Below are positions 53,501-61,774 of a DNA stretch of 64,000 bases, one piece after another. A program made the translations under genes and the position numbers. The notes beneath the pieces are model-generated. The model ran no database searches. It saw only the letters and a program-made list of their open reading frames with translations, and was not told the origin of the DNA. Origin of the DNA: Desulfarculia bacterium (GTDB lineage: Bacteria; Desulfobacterota; Desulfarculia; Adiutricales; JAGVGV01); contig OY759590.1 of NCBI GenBank assembly GCA_963662445.1, positions 1,472,249-1,536,248 of the forward strand, in the 5' to 3' direction. How positions within the stretch are numbered: the stretch's first letter is position 1; every line of letters starts with the position of its first letter.

Positions 53501-55636
53501 ATGGCCCTCAATCTGGACGCCATCGGCAAGAAGATCGGCCCCCTCAGCAAGGACTATGACTGGAAAGACATAGTCCTCTATGCCCTGGGCGTAGGGGCCG
53601 GCTTTGACGAGTTGGACTACGTGTACGAAAACCGCCTCAAGGTGATCCCCAGCTACTCCATCGCCAGTGTCTTCGATTTTCTGGCTGAAGCGGCTCTTTC
53701 GGCCAACGCCAACCTGGCCGGGATTCTCCATGGGGAACAGGACATCATTTTCCACAATCCAATACCTGTCGAAGGCACCCTGACCACCGAGGGCGCGGTT
53801 ACCCACATGTTCGACAAGGGTGAGGGCAAAGGCGCGCTGGTGGTGGCCAAGGCCGACACCTACCATTCCAACGGCCAGAAACTCTTCACCAATATCTTCA
53901 CCCTGTTCAGCCGTCTGGACGGAGGCTTCGGCGGCGAAAAGGGTGACGAGGAGAAGGTGGATTTCCCCGACCGCGCTCCGGATTTCGAGGAACTGGCCAA
54001 TCCTTCGGAGGATCAGCCGCTTCTGTACCGGCTTTCCGGGGACATCTTCACCCTCCATGTCGATCCCGATTTCGCCAAGGCCTCGGGCTTTGAAAAACCC
54101 ATCATGCACGGGCTCTGCACGCACGGGTACACCTGCCGCGCAGTCATCAAACACCTGTTCCCCGGCGAACCGGAGCGCATGTCCCGTTTCCGCGTCCGTT
54201 TCTCCCGGACGCTCTATCCCGGCATCGCCATCAAGACTCAGATCTGGAAGACCGAAGAGGGGCGGGCTGTTTTCCGGGTGGTCAACACGGCCAACAACGA
54301 CGTTGTCATCGACAAGGGCGTGGTGGAATGGCTCAGCAAGGAAGAGTATGAGCGCCGCCAGCGTCTGGGCGGTCTGCGTTTTGAAGACAAGGTTGCTGTG
54401 GTTACCGGTGCCGGGGCCGGTCTCGGCCGGGTGTACGCCTTGGAACTGGCCAAGAGGGGGGCCAAGGTTGTGGTCAACGACCTGGGCGGTTCCCGCGACG
54501 GGGCCGGGGGCTCATCGGCTCCGGCCGACACTGTGGTCAAGGAGATCAAGGCGATGGGCGGCGAGGCTGTGGCCAACTACGATTCCGTGGCCACCGCCGA
54601 GGGCGGTCAGGCCATAATCGACGCGGCTGTGGCCGCTTTCGGCCGGGTGGACATCGTCATCAACAACGCCGGCATCCTCCGGGACAAGACCCTGGTCAAG
54701 ATGGACCCGGAAAACTGGGACACGGTCATGGACGTGCATCTCAAGGGTGCTTACAACGTCACCCGTCCGGCCTATGTCAAGATGCGGGAACAGGGTTACG
54801 GCCGGATAGTCTTTACCACCTCGGCCGCCGGTTTGTACGGCAACTTCGGCCAGACCAACTACTCGGCCGCCAAGATGGGGCTGGTAGGCTTTATGAACAC
54901 ATTGAAGATAGAGGGCGGGAAGAACGACATCAAGGTCAACACCGTGGCTCCGGTGGCGGCCACCCGGCTGACCGAAGACATCCTGCCGCCTGAGATGCTG
55001 GCCAAGCTCAAGCCTGAATTCGTGGCTCCCCTGGTCCTTTATCTCTGTTCGGAGCAGTGCCCTGATTCCGGCCGGATCTACAACGCCGGCATGGGGTACT
55101 TCAACCGTGCGGCGGTTCTGACCGGTCCTGGTGCGGTGGTCGGCGACGGCAAGTCCATACCCACGCCCGAGCAGGTGGCCGAGGCCATGCCCAAGATCAA
55201 AGCCATGGGCGGGGCCAAGGAATACCCCAATCTCAACGCGGCTCTGACGCCCATGCTGGAAGCCTTTTCGCCCAAGAAAGAGGCGCCGGCGGCCGGGGCG
55301 CAGGGGGGCGGAGGCGGCTTGACCGTGCCCGGAATCTTCGCGGCCATGAAGGATGCCTTCCAGGCCGACAAGGCCGCCGGGGTCGAGGTGGTTTTTCAGT
55401 ATGACATCAGCGGCGCGGGCGGCGGTTCCTGGAACGTCCAGATCAAGGACGGGGCCTGCTCCATCGCGGAGGGCAAACACGCCAGCCCCACCACCACCCT
55501 GGGCATGGGTGATGAAGACTTCATCCGGATGATCCGGGGCGAACTGAACGCCATGACGGCTTTCACCAGCGGCAAGCTCAAGATCGGCGGCGATGTCATG
55601 AAGTCTCAACTCATCGAAAAACTCTTCAAGTTCTGA
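53501..55636 (+). CDS. MFE-2-like multifunctional enzyme: double hot-dog (R)-specific enoyl-CoA hydratase 2, then SDR (3R)-hydroxyacyl-CoA dehydrogenase, then an SCP2 domain
   Basis: 711 aa. Hydratase-2-type motif YRLSGDIFTLHVDPDFA. The SDR region (VAVVTGAGAGLGRVYALELAKRGAKVVVNDLGG, NNAGILRD, GNFGQTNYSAAK) resembles the HSD17B4 dehydrogenase domain as I remember it. The C-terminal SCP2-like region is GDEDFIRMIRGELNAMTAFTSGKLKIGGD. Confidence 0.9.
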   Translation: MALNLDAIGKKIGPLSKDYDWKDIVLYALGVGAGFDELDYVYENRLKVIPSYSIASVFDFLAEAALSANANLAGILHGEQDIIFHNPIPVEGTLTTEGAVTHMFDKGEGKGALVVAKADTYHSNGQKLFTNIFTLFSRLDGGFGGEKGDEEKVDFPDRAPDFEELANPSEDQPLLYRLSGDIFTLHVDPDFAKASGFEKPIMHGLCTHGYTCRAVIKHLFPGEPERMSRFRVRFSRTLYPGIAIKTQIWKTEEGRAVFRVVNTANNDVVIDKGVVEWLSKEEYERRQRLGGLRFEDKVAVVTGAGAGLGRVYALELAKRGAKVVVNDLGGSRDGAGGSSAPADTVVKEIKAMGGEAVANYDSVATAEGGQAIIDAAVAAFGRVDIVINNAGILRDKTLVKMDPENWDTVMDVHLKGAYNVTRPAYVKMREQGYGRIVFTTSAAGLYGNFGQTNYSAAKMGLVGFMNTLKIEGGKNDIKVNTVAPVAATRLTEDILPPEMLAKLKPEFVAPLVLYLCSEQCPDSGRIYNAGMGYFNRAAVLTGPGAVVGDGKSIPTPEQVAEAMPKIKAMGGAKEYPNLNAALTPMLEAFSPKKEAPAAGAQGGGGGLTVPGIFAAMKDAFQADKAAGVEVVFQYDISGAGGGSWNVQIKDGACSIAEGKHASPTTTLGMGDEDFIRMIRGELNAMTAFTSGKLKIGGDVMKSQLIEKLFKF

Positions 55637-55656
55637 TTGCCAGAGGAGGTAGTCCC

Positions 55657-58398
55657 ATGATCGGCATCACAGCATACGGCGGTTACATCCCCCGGCTCAG
55701 GCTTAACCGCATGTCCATCTACCAGGCCATGGGCTGGTTCGCCCCGGCCCTGATCGCGGTGGCCCAGGGGGAGAGGTCATTCTGCAACTGGGATGAAGAC
55801 AGCCTGACCATGGCCGTGGCCGCGGGCAAGGACTGTCTGACCGGACAGGATAAATCCCTGATCGACGGTGTATTTCTAGGTTCGACAACCCTGCCGTTCA
55901 GCGACCGGCTGAACTCGGGGGTTCTCAAAACGACCCTCAACCTGGGCGACGAGATCAAGGCGGCGGACTTCACGTCGTCTCTCCGTGCCGGGACCACGGC
56001 GCTGGTGGAGGCTCTGACGGCGGTCAAGAGCGGGGACAACAACCAGGTCCTGGTTGCGGCCTCGGACAAGCGCCAGGCCAAGATGGGTTATTTCTACGAG
56101 ATGTGGTTCGGCGACGGAGCCGCGTCGGTTCTGGTCGGGCGGGAAAACGTCATCGCCGAACACCTGGGCTCCCATACGGTGACCAGCGACTTCGTGGATC
56201 ACTACCGGGGCCAGAACAACCAGTTCGATTACATGTGGGAAGAGCGCTGGGTCCGCGATGAAGGGTATTCCAAGATAGTTCCGGCCGCCGTCAACGGCCT
56301 GCTGAAGAAGCTTTCCCTGTCCATGGACGACATCAGCCGGTTTGTTTTCCCCTGTTTCTTCAAGGCCGAGCATCTGAAGATAGGCAAGGGCCTTGGGGCC
56401 GGGGGCGGCAAGCTGATGGACAACCTGCACGAGGTCTGCGGCGAGACCGGGGCGGCTCATCCCCTGGTCATGCTGGTCAAGGCGCTGGAGGAAGCCAAGC
56501 CCGGAGACCGGATTCTGGTGGCCGGTTTCGGGCAGGGCTGCGACGCCATGTGCTTTCAGGTCACCGAGGCTATCCTGGACCTGCCGGCCCGCCGGGGCAT
56601 AAACGGTTCCCTGGCCCAGAAGAAGACCACGGACAACTATCAGAAGTTTCTGAAGTTCCGGGACCTGATACAGCCGGAGATGGGCATCAGGGCGGAAGCG
56701 CCGACCCAGACGGCCATGACGGTGCTGTACCGCAAGAGGGACATGCTGTTCGGGCTGGTCGGCGGGAAGTGTTCCAAGTGCGGCACTCCCCAGTTCCCGC
56801 GCATGGATATATGCGTCAACCCGGACTGCCGCGCCGTGCATACTCAGGAGCCTTATGAATTCGCCGGTGTTCCGGCCAAGGTCAAGACCTTTACCGGTGA
56901 CCTGCTGGCCGTTTCGGTCGATCCGCCCGCCATCTACGGCATGGTTCAGTTTGAAGGCGGCGGACGCTTCATGGCCGACTTCACGGATTGCGAACTCGGC
57001 GATGTCCGGGTGGGACAGCCGGTGGAGATGAGCTTCCGGAGGCGTTACCTTGACCGGGAGCGTGGTTTTTCGGGGTATTTCTGGAAAGCCGTTCCGCTGC
57101 CCGTGAAGGAAGCCCCTGCGGCTTCCGAGGAGCGCATCCGTTTTGACGATCAGGTGGCAGTGGTCACCGGGGCCGGGGCTGGTCTTGGGCGGGTATATGC
57201 GCTCGAACTGGCCAAACGGGGAGCCAAAGTCGTCGTCAACGACCTGGGTGGGGCTCGCGACGGCGCCGGAGGCTCCTCGACCCCGGCCGACACTGTGGTC
57301 AAGGAGATCAAGGAGCTGGGCGGCGAGGCCGTGGCCAACTACGATTCCGTGGCTACGCAGGAAGGCGGACAGTCCCTTATCGACGCAGCCGTGGCCGCTT
57401 TCGGCCGGGTGGACATCGTGGTCAACAACGCCGGCATCCTCCGGGACAAGACCCTGGTGAAGATGGACCCGGAAAACTGGGACGCGGTCATGGCGGTTCA
57501 TCTTAAGGGCGCTTACAACGTCACCCGCCCGGCCTTTATAAAGATGCGCGAACAGGGTTACGGCCGCATAATTTTCACCACTTCCGCCGCCGGACTGTAC
57601 GGCAATTTCGGCCAGACCAACTATTCGGCCGCCAAGATGGCCCTGGTGGGCTTCATGAACACCCTCAAAGCCGAAGGCGAGAAGCACAACATCCGGGTCA
57701 ACACAGTGGCCCCCATCGCCGCTACCCGGTTGACTGAAGACGTGATGCCGCCGGATCTGTTCGCCAAGCTCAAGCCGGAATTCGTGGCTCCGCTGGTGCT
57801 TTATCTGGCTTCTAACGAATGCTCCGAAACCGGCCAGATATTCAACGCGGGCATGGGGTACTTCAACCGGGCGGCCATAGTCACCGGTCCGGGCGCGGTA
57901 GTCGGCGACGGCAAGACTCCCCCGGCCCCGGAAGAGCTGCACAAGAATTGGGAGGCGGTCAATTCGCTGGAGGGCGGTCAGGAATACCCCAACGCCACCG
58001 CGGCTTTCAGCCCCATGCTGGATGCTTTTTCGCCCAAGAAGGCTGAAGCGGCGGAAGGCGGGGCCGGTTCCGGCGGCGGACAGGCCGTGGCCGGTATTTT
58101 CGAGGGCATGCCGGGAGCTTTCCAGGCGGACAAAGCCGCAGGGGTGGACGTGGTCTTCCAGTTCTCCATCACCGGGCCCGAAGGCGGCGACTGGTTCGCC
58201 GTGGTCAAGGACGGCAAGCTGGAAGTGGGCCAGGGCCGGCACGGTTCGCCGACCACCACCATAAAGATGGCCGATCAGGACTTCGTCAAGCTCATCACCG
58301 GCGAACTGAACGCCATGGCCGCCTTCACGGGGGGCAAGCTCCGTATAGATGGCGACCTGATGAAGTCCCAGCTCATAGAGAAGCTTTTCAAGTTCTGA
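55657..58398 (+). CDS. Four-domain fusion: HMG-CoA-synthase-like thiolase-fold domain, DUF35 (zinc ribbon plus OB fold), SDR dehydrogenase, SCP2
   Basis: 913 aa. N-terminus MIGITAYGGYIPRLRL (HMGCS/COG3425-like). CSKCGTPQFPRMDICVNPDC followed by an OB-fold region (DUF35). The SDR and SCP2 part is about 80-85% identical to the upstream gene. Confidence 0.85.
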   Translation: MIGITAYGGYIPRLRLNRMSIYQAMGWFAPALIAVAQGERSFCNWDEDSLTMAVAAGKDCLTGQDKSLIDGVFLGSTTLPFSDRLNSGVLKTTLNLGDEIKAADFTSSLRAGTTALVEALTAVKSGDNNQVLVAASDKRQAKMGYFYEMWFGDGAASVLVGRENVIAEHLGSHTVTSDFVDHYRGQNNQFDYMWEERWVRDEGYSKIVPAAVNGLLKKLSLSMDDISRFVFPCFFKAEHLKIGKGLGAGGGKLMDNLHEVCGETGAAHPLVMLVKALEEAKPGDRILVAGFGQGCDAMCFQVTEAILDLPARRGINGSLAQKKTTDNYQKFLKFRDLIQPEMGIRAEAPTQTAMTVLYRKRDMLFGLVGGKCSKCGTPQFPRMDICVNPDCRAVHTQEPYEFAGVPAKVKTFTGDLLAVSVDPPAIYGMVQFEGGGRFMADFTDCELGDVRVGQPVEMSFRRRYLDRERGFSGYFWKAVPLPVKEAPAASEERIRFDDQVAVVTGAGAGLGRVYALELAKRGAKVVVNDLGGARDGAGGSSTPADTVVKEIKELGGEAVANYDSVATQEGGQSLIDAAVAAFGRVDIVVNNAGILRDKTLVKMDPENWDAVMAVHLKGAYNVTRPAFIKMREQGYGRIIFTTSAAGLYGNFGQTNYSAAKMALVGFMNTLKAEGEKHNIRVNTVAPIAATRLTEDVMPPDLFAKLKPEFVAPLVLYLASNECSETGQIFNAGMGYFNRAAIVTGPGAVVGDGKTPPAPEELHKNWEAVNSLEGGQEYPNATAAFSPMLDAFSPKKAEAAEGGAGSGGGQAVAGIFEGMPGAFQADKAAGVDVVFQFSITGPEGGDWFAVVKDGKLEVGQGRHGSPTTTIKMADQDFVKLITGELNAMAAFTGGKLRIDGDLMKSQLIEKLFKF

Positions 58399-58454
58399 AA
58401 ACAGCGTCATCTCGCCCCGGCCGGGTTCCGGGCGGGGCGGAGGAGGAATAAATA

Positions 58455-59663
58455 ATGGCCACAGGAATCAAGGACAAAGTCGCTATTATCGGCATGGGCT
58501 GCACCCGTTTCGGCGAGCGCTGGGACGTGGGGGCGGAGGAGCTCATGGTCGAGGCCTACTCCGAGTGCCTTGAAGACGCCGGTATCGAGACCAAGGATAT
58601 CCAGGCTGCCTGGCAGGGCACCTGCATGGAAGAGATAAACGTGGGCAAGAGCGCCCTGCCTCTGGCGACCACTCTGCGCCTGCCCTTCATCCCGGTCACG
58701 CGGGTGGAAAACTATTGCGCTTCCGGCACGGAGGCCTTTCGCGGGGCGGTGTACGCCGTGGCTTCCGGGGCTTACGATGTCTGTCTGGCCCTGGGGGTGG
58801 AGAAGCTGAAGGACACCGGCTACGGCGGCCTGCCGAACCCCGGATCGAACTTCGGCTCTTTGCAGTGGCTCTGGATGCCCAACATGACCGCCCCCGGCGT
58901 CTTTGCCCAGCTCGCTTCGGCCTATGCCGCCAAATTCAAGGTCAAGGACCAGGATCTGAAGAGGGCCATAGCCCAGGTATCGGTCAAGAGCCACGAGAAC
59001 GGGGCTCTCAATCCCAAGGCCCACCTGCGCAAGCGGGTAACCATCGATCAGGTCATGGCCGCGCCCATCATCGCCCATCCGCTGGGGCTCTTCGACTGCT
59101 GCGGGGTTTCGGACGGCTCGGCCTGCGCCATCGTCACTACGGTGGAAAAGGCCAAGGACATGGGCATCAAGAACCCGGTCACCGTCAAGGCTCTCCAACT
59201 CTCTCTTTCCAATGGCGAGGAGATGGGGTTCAACGAGTGGGAGGGGGCCAATTTCGCGACCACCGACAAGTGCAGTGTCAAGGCCTACAAGGAGGCCGGA
59301 ATAACCGACCCCCGCGAGGAAATTTCCATGATGGAGCTGCACGACTGTTTCTCCATCACCGAACTTGTCACTTACGAGGACCTGCATATCTCCGACAGGG
59401 GCAGCGCCTGGAAAGACGTGCTCGCGGGCTTCTACAACCGGGACGGCAAGGTTCCGGCCCAGGTCGACGGCGGCCTGAAATGCTTCGGCCATCCCATAGG
59501 CGCTTCAGGTCTGCGCATGCTCTACGAGATGTATCTGCAACTGCTGGGGCGGGCGGGTGACAGGCAGATCGAGAATCCCCGGCATGGCCTGACCCATAAC
59601 CTGGGCGGTTTTCCTTTCCAGAATGTTTGCAGCATCGCCATAGTCGGGCGGCTCAACGATTAG
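58455..59663 (+). CDS. SCPx/Ltp-type thiolase (thiolase-domain protein of the kind that partners with DUF35)
   Basis: 402 aa. VAIIGMGCTRFGERW, nucleophile-type NYCASGTEAF, and C-terminal CFGHPIGASG. Confidence 0.9.
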   Translation: MATGIKDKVAIIGMGCTRFGERWDVGAEELMVEAYSECLEDAGIETKDIQAAWQGTCMEEINVGKSALPLATTLRLPFIPVTRVENYCASGTEAFRGAVYAVASGAYDVCLALGVEKLKDTGYGGLPNPGSNFGSLQWLWMPNMTAPGVFAQLASAYAAKFKVKDQDLKRAIAQVSVKSHENGALNPKAHLRKRVTIDQVMAAPIIAHPLGLFDCCGVSDGSACAIVTTVEKAKDMGIKNPVTVKALQLSLSNGEEMGFNEWEGANFATTDKCSVKAYKEAGITDPREEISMMELHDCFSITELVTYEDLHISDRGSAWKDVLAGFYNRDGKVPAQVDGGLKCFGHPIGASGLRMLYEMYLQLLGRAGDRQIENPRHGLTHNLGGFPFQNVCSIAIVGRLND

Positions 59664-59672
59664 GAGGCAGGA

Positions 59673-60017
59673 ATGCTGGAAATCCGGGCGATCATGGATT
59701 CGGCCGTGGAAGACGTTTTGAATTTCAAGACCTGCTGCGGAGCGCGAACTTTCGATCAGAACCTGGAGATCCACGTCAAGAATACTGGTTCCGACCCGGT
59801 GGTGGTCCCCAGCCGCTTCGATCTGGAGGGCGGCTTCGGGACCTACCGGGTCGAGACTCTCATCCCTCACGGAGACCAGTACATAGCGCCGGGTGTGACC
59901 ATAGCCTTCTACTGCACCATGGAGCCCGGCCGCTGGGCCGACGCCCGGCGCATGATTTTTCAGGACAATCAAGGCCGCAGTTACCCCGTGGACATCATCC
60001 ACGAGCAGAAGGAGTAA
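59673..60017 (+). CDS. Hypothetical protein (114 aa) with no family I recognise
   Basis: AGGAGG lies 6 nt upstream of the start. The gene begins 9 nt after the thiolase stop and ends 4 nt before the ACAD start. Codon usage resembles its neighbours. Confidence 0.6.
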   Translation: MLEIRAIMDSAVEDVLNFKTCCGARTFDQNLEIHVKNTGSDPVVVPSRFDLEGGFGTYRVETLIPHGDQYIAPGVTIAFYCTMEPGRWADARRMIFQDNQGRSYPVDIIHEQKE

Positions 60018-60021
60018 GAAA

Positions 60022-61164
60022 ATGAATATCCTCTCCTATACCGAAGAACACCGCATTTTCCGCGAGAGTCTCCGTAAATTTTTTGAAAAGGAAGTCATTC
60101 CTCATGTGGAGGAATGGGAAGAGGCCGGCATTGTCCCCAAGTCCGTCTGGAAAAAGATGGGCGACCAGGGCTTCCTGTGCATGACGGTGCCGGAGGAATA
60201 CGGCGGTCTGGGGGCTGATTTCCTTTATTCGGTCATCATGACCGAGGAACTGGCCCGCACGAACCATTCCGGGCTGGCCGTCCCTCTGCACAGCGACATA
60301 GTGATTCCTTACATCCTGTCCTTCGCCTCGGAGGAACTGAAGCACAAATATCTGCCCGGCTGCGTGTCCGGCGACACGATCACAGCCGTGGCCATGACCG
60401 AGCCCAACGCTGGTTCGGACCTTGCGTCGATGCGGACCACGGCTGTGCAGGACGGAGACCATGTTGTCATCAACGGGCAGAAGACCTTCATTTCCAACGG
60501 CATAAATTCCGACCTGGTCGTTCTGGCGGCCAAGGACCCGTCGGTTACGAACCCTCACCAGTCGATAGACCTTTATCTGGTGGAAGCCGGGACGCCCGGT
60601 TTCGAGAAGGGCAAGAAGATCAAGAAGGTGGGCTGGCACAGCCAGGATACGGCGGAGCTGTTTTTCACTGACTGCCGCGTGCCCGTGGCCAACCGGCTGG
60701 GCATGAAGGGCGGCGGCTTCCTGATGCTCATGGAGAAACTCCAGCAGGAGCGCCTGATGTGTGCGCTGGTCGCGGTGGCTTCGGCGGAGAACATGATCGA
60801 AATGACGACCCGGTATGTCAAGGAACGCACCGCCTTCGGCCGGCCCATTTCCAAGTTCCAGAACACTCAGTTCCGCATGGTGGAAATGGCCACCGAGGTG
60901 AAGCTGGGGCGTACTTTCATCGACAAGCTCATTGCCGAACACGTGGAAGGCAAGAACGTGGTGGTGGAAGTTTCCATGGCTAAATACTGGACCACGGAGA
61001 TGGCCATGCGGGTGGCCGACGGCTGCGTGCAACTCCACGGCGGTTACGGGTACTGCGAGGAATACCCCATTGCCAGGGCCTGGCGTGACACGCGGGTACT
61101 TTCGATTTTCGCGGGCACCAACGAGATCATGAAGGGTATCGCGGCCAAGTTCATGGGACTCTGA
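60022..61164 (+). CDS. Acyl-CoA dehydrogenase
   Basis: 380 aa. AVAMTEPNAGSDLASMRTTA, and C-terminal YGYCEEYPIARAWRDTRVLSIFAGTNEIM. Confidence 0.9.
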   Translation: MNILSYTEEHRIFRESLRKFFEKEVIPHVEEWEEAGIVPKSVWKKMGDQGFLCMTVPEEYGGLGADFLYSVIMTEELARTNHSGLAVPLHSDIVIPYILSFASEELKHKYLPGCVSGDTITAVAMTEPNAGSDLASMRTTAVQDGDHVVINGQKTFISNGINSDLVVLAAKDPSVTNPHQSIDLYLVEAGTPGFEKGKKIKKVGWHSQDTAELFFTDCRVPVANRLGMKGGGFLMLMEKLQQERLMCALVAVASAENMIEMTTRYVKERTAFGRPISKFQNTQFRMVEMATEVKLGRTFIDKLIAEHVEGKNVVVEVSMAKYWTTEMAMRVADGCVQLHGGYGYCEEYPIARAWRDTRVLSIFAGTNEIMKGIAAKFMGL

Positions 61165-61219
61165 TCCCGGGCCTTTTTGTTCCGGCAGCGTTGCCTGCGA
61201 ATATTCCAGCCTACAAATT

Positions 61220-61253
61220 GGGGCCGCCGCCCATCCCGCCGGGCGGCGGCCCC
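61220..61253 (+). other. Very stable intra-operon hairpin (13 bp G+C stem)
   Basis: GGGGCCGCCGCCC-atcccgcc-GGGCGGCGGCCCC. No U-tract follows. Confidence 0.5.
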
Positions 61254-61301
61254 GCAACCTTATCCGGCCGCCGGGCCGCCGGCGGGGCAGGGGACGGGGA
61301 T

Positions 61302-61754
61302 ATGAACAGTCTTACGCCTGAACTTATTGCCAAGTATGTCGAGGAGGCGGTGCCTTTTGTCCACAGGACGGGCATTCGCTCGATCTCCCTGGAGCCGCGC
61401 CGGGTCAAGATGATGGTCCCGCTGGCCGGTAACGAGAACCACATCGGCTCCATGTACGCCGGCGCTCTCTTTACCCTGGCGGAGATGCCCGGCGGAGCCG
61501 TCTTTCTGACCACTTTCGATGCGTCAGTTTTTTATCCCGTGGTCAAGGAGATGAACATCCGGTATCTGAAGCCCGCCCGTTCCGATGTGACCATTGAAAT
61601 CGCCATAGCCGCCGACGAGGCCGAGCGCATAGAAAAGGAGGCCCGGGAAAAAGGCAAGGCCGAATTCATCCTGGAGGGCGAACTGATAGACCGTGACGGC
61701 CAGGTCGTCGCCCGCAGTCATGGCGTTTACCAGATAAGACTCATTGGCCGCTGA
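61302..61754 (+). CDS. PaaI/YiiD_C-type hot-dog thioesterase
   Basis: VPLAGNENHIGSMYAGALFTLAEMPGGAVF is typical of the family. I took ATG at 61302. Confidence 0.75.
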   Translation: MNSLTPELIAKYVEEAVPFVHRTGIRSISLEPRRVKMMVPLAGNENHIGSMYAGALFTLAEMPGGAVFLTTFDASVFYPVVKEMNIRYLKPARSDVTIEIAIAADEAERIEKEAREKGKAEFILEGELIDRDGQVVARSHGVYQIRLIGR

Positions 61755-61774
61755 CTCCTACGGAGGGAAAAGAC

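Noticed and set aside
55876-58410. An 844 aa minus-strand ORF. Similar long shadow ORFs occur at 14614-16236(-), 6547-7737(-), 597-2177(+), 54512-55609(-), 58407-59492(-), 59995-61257(-), 22774-24123(-) and 48067-49056(-).
   Set aside because: All are antisense or out-of-frame shadows of genes with strong family signatures. Their translations have biased Arg/Gly/Pro composition and no motifs.
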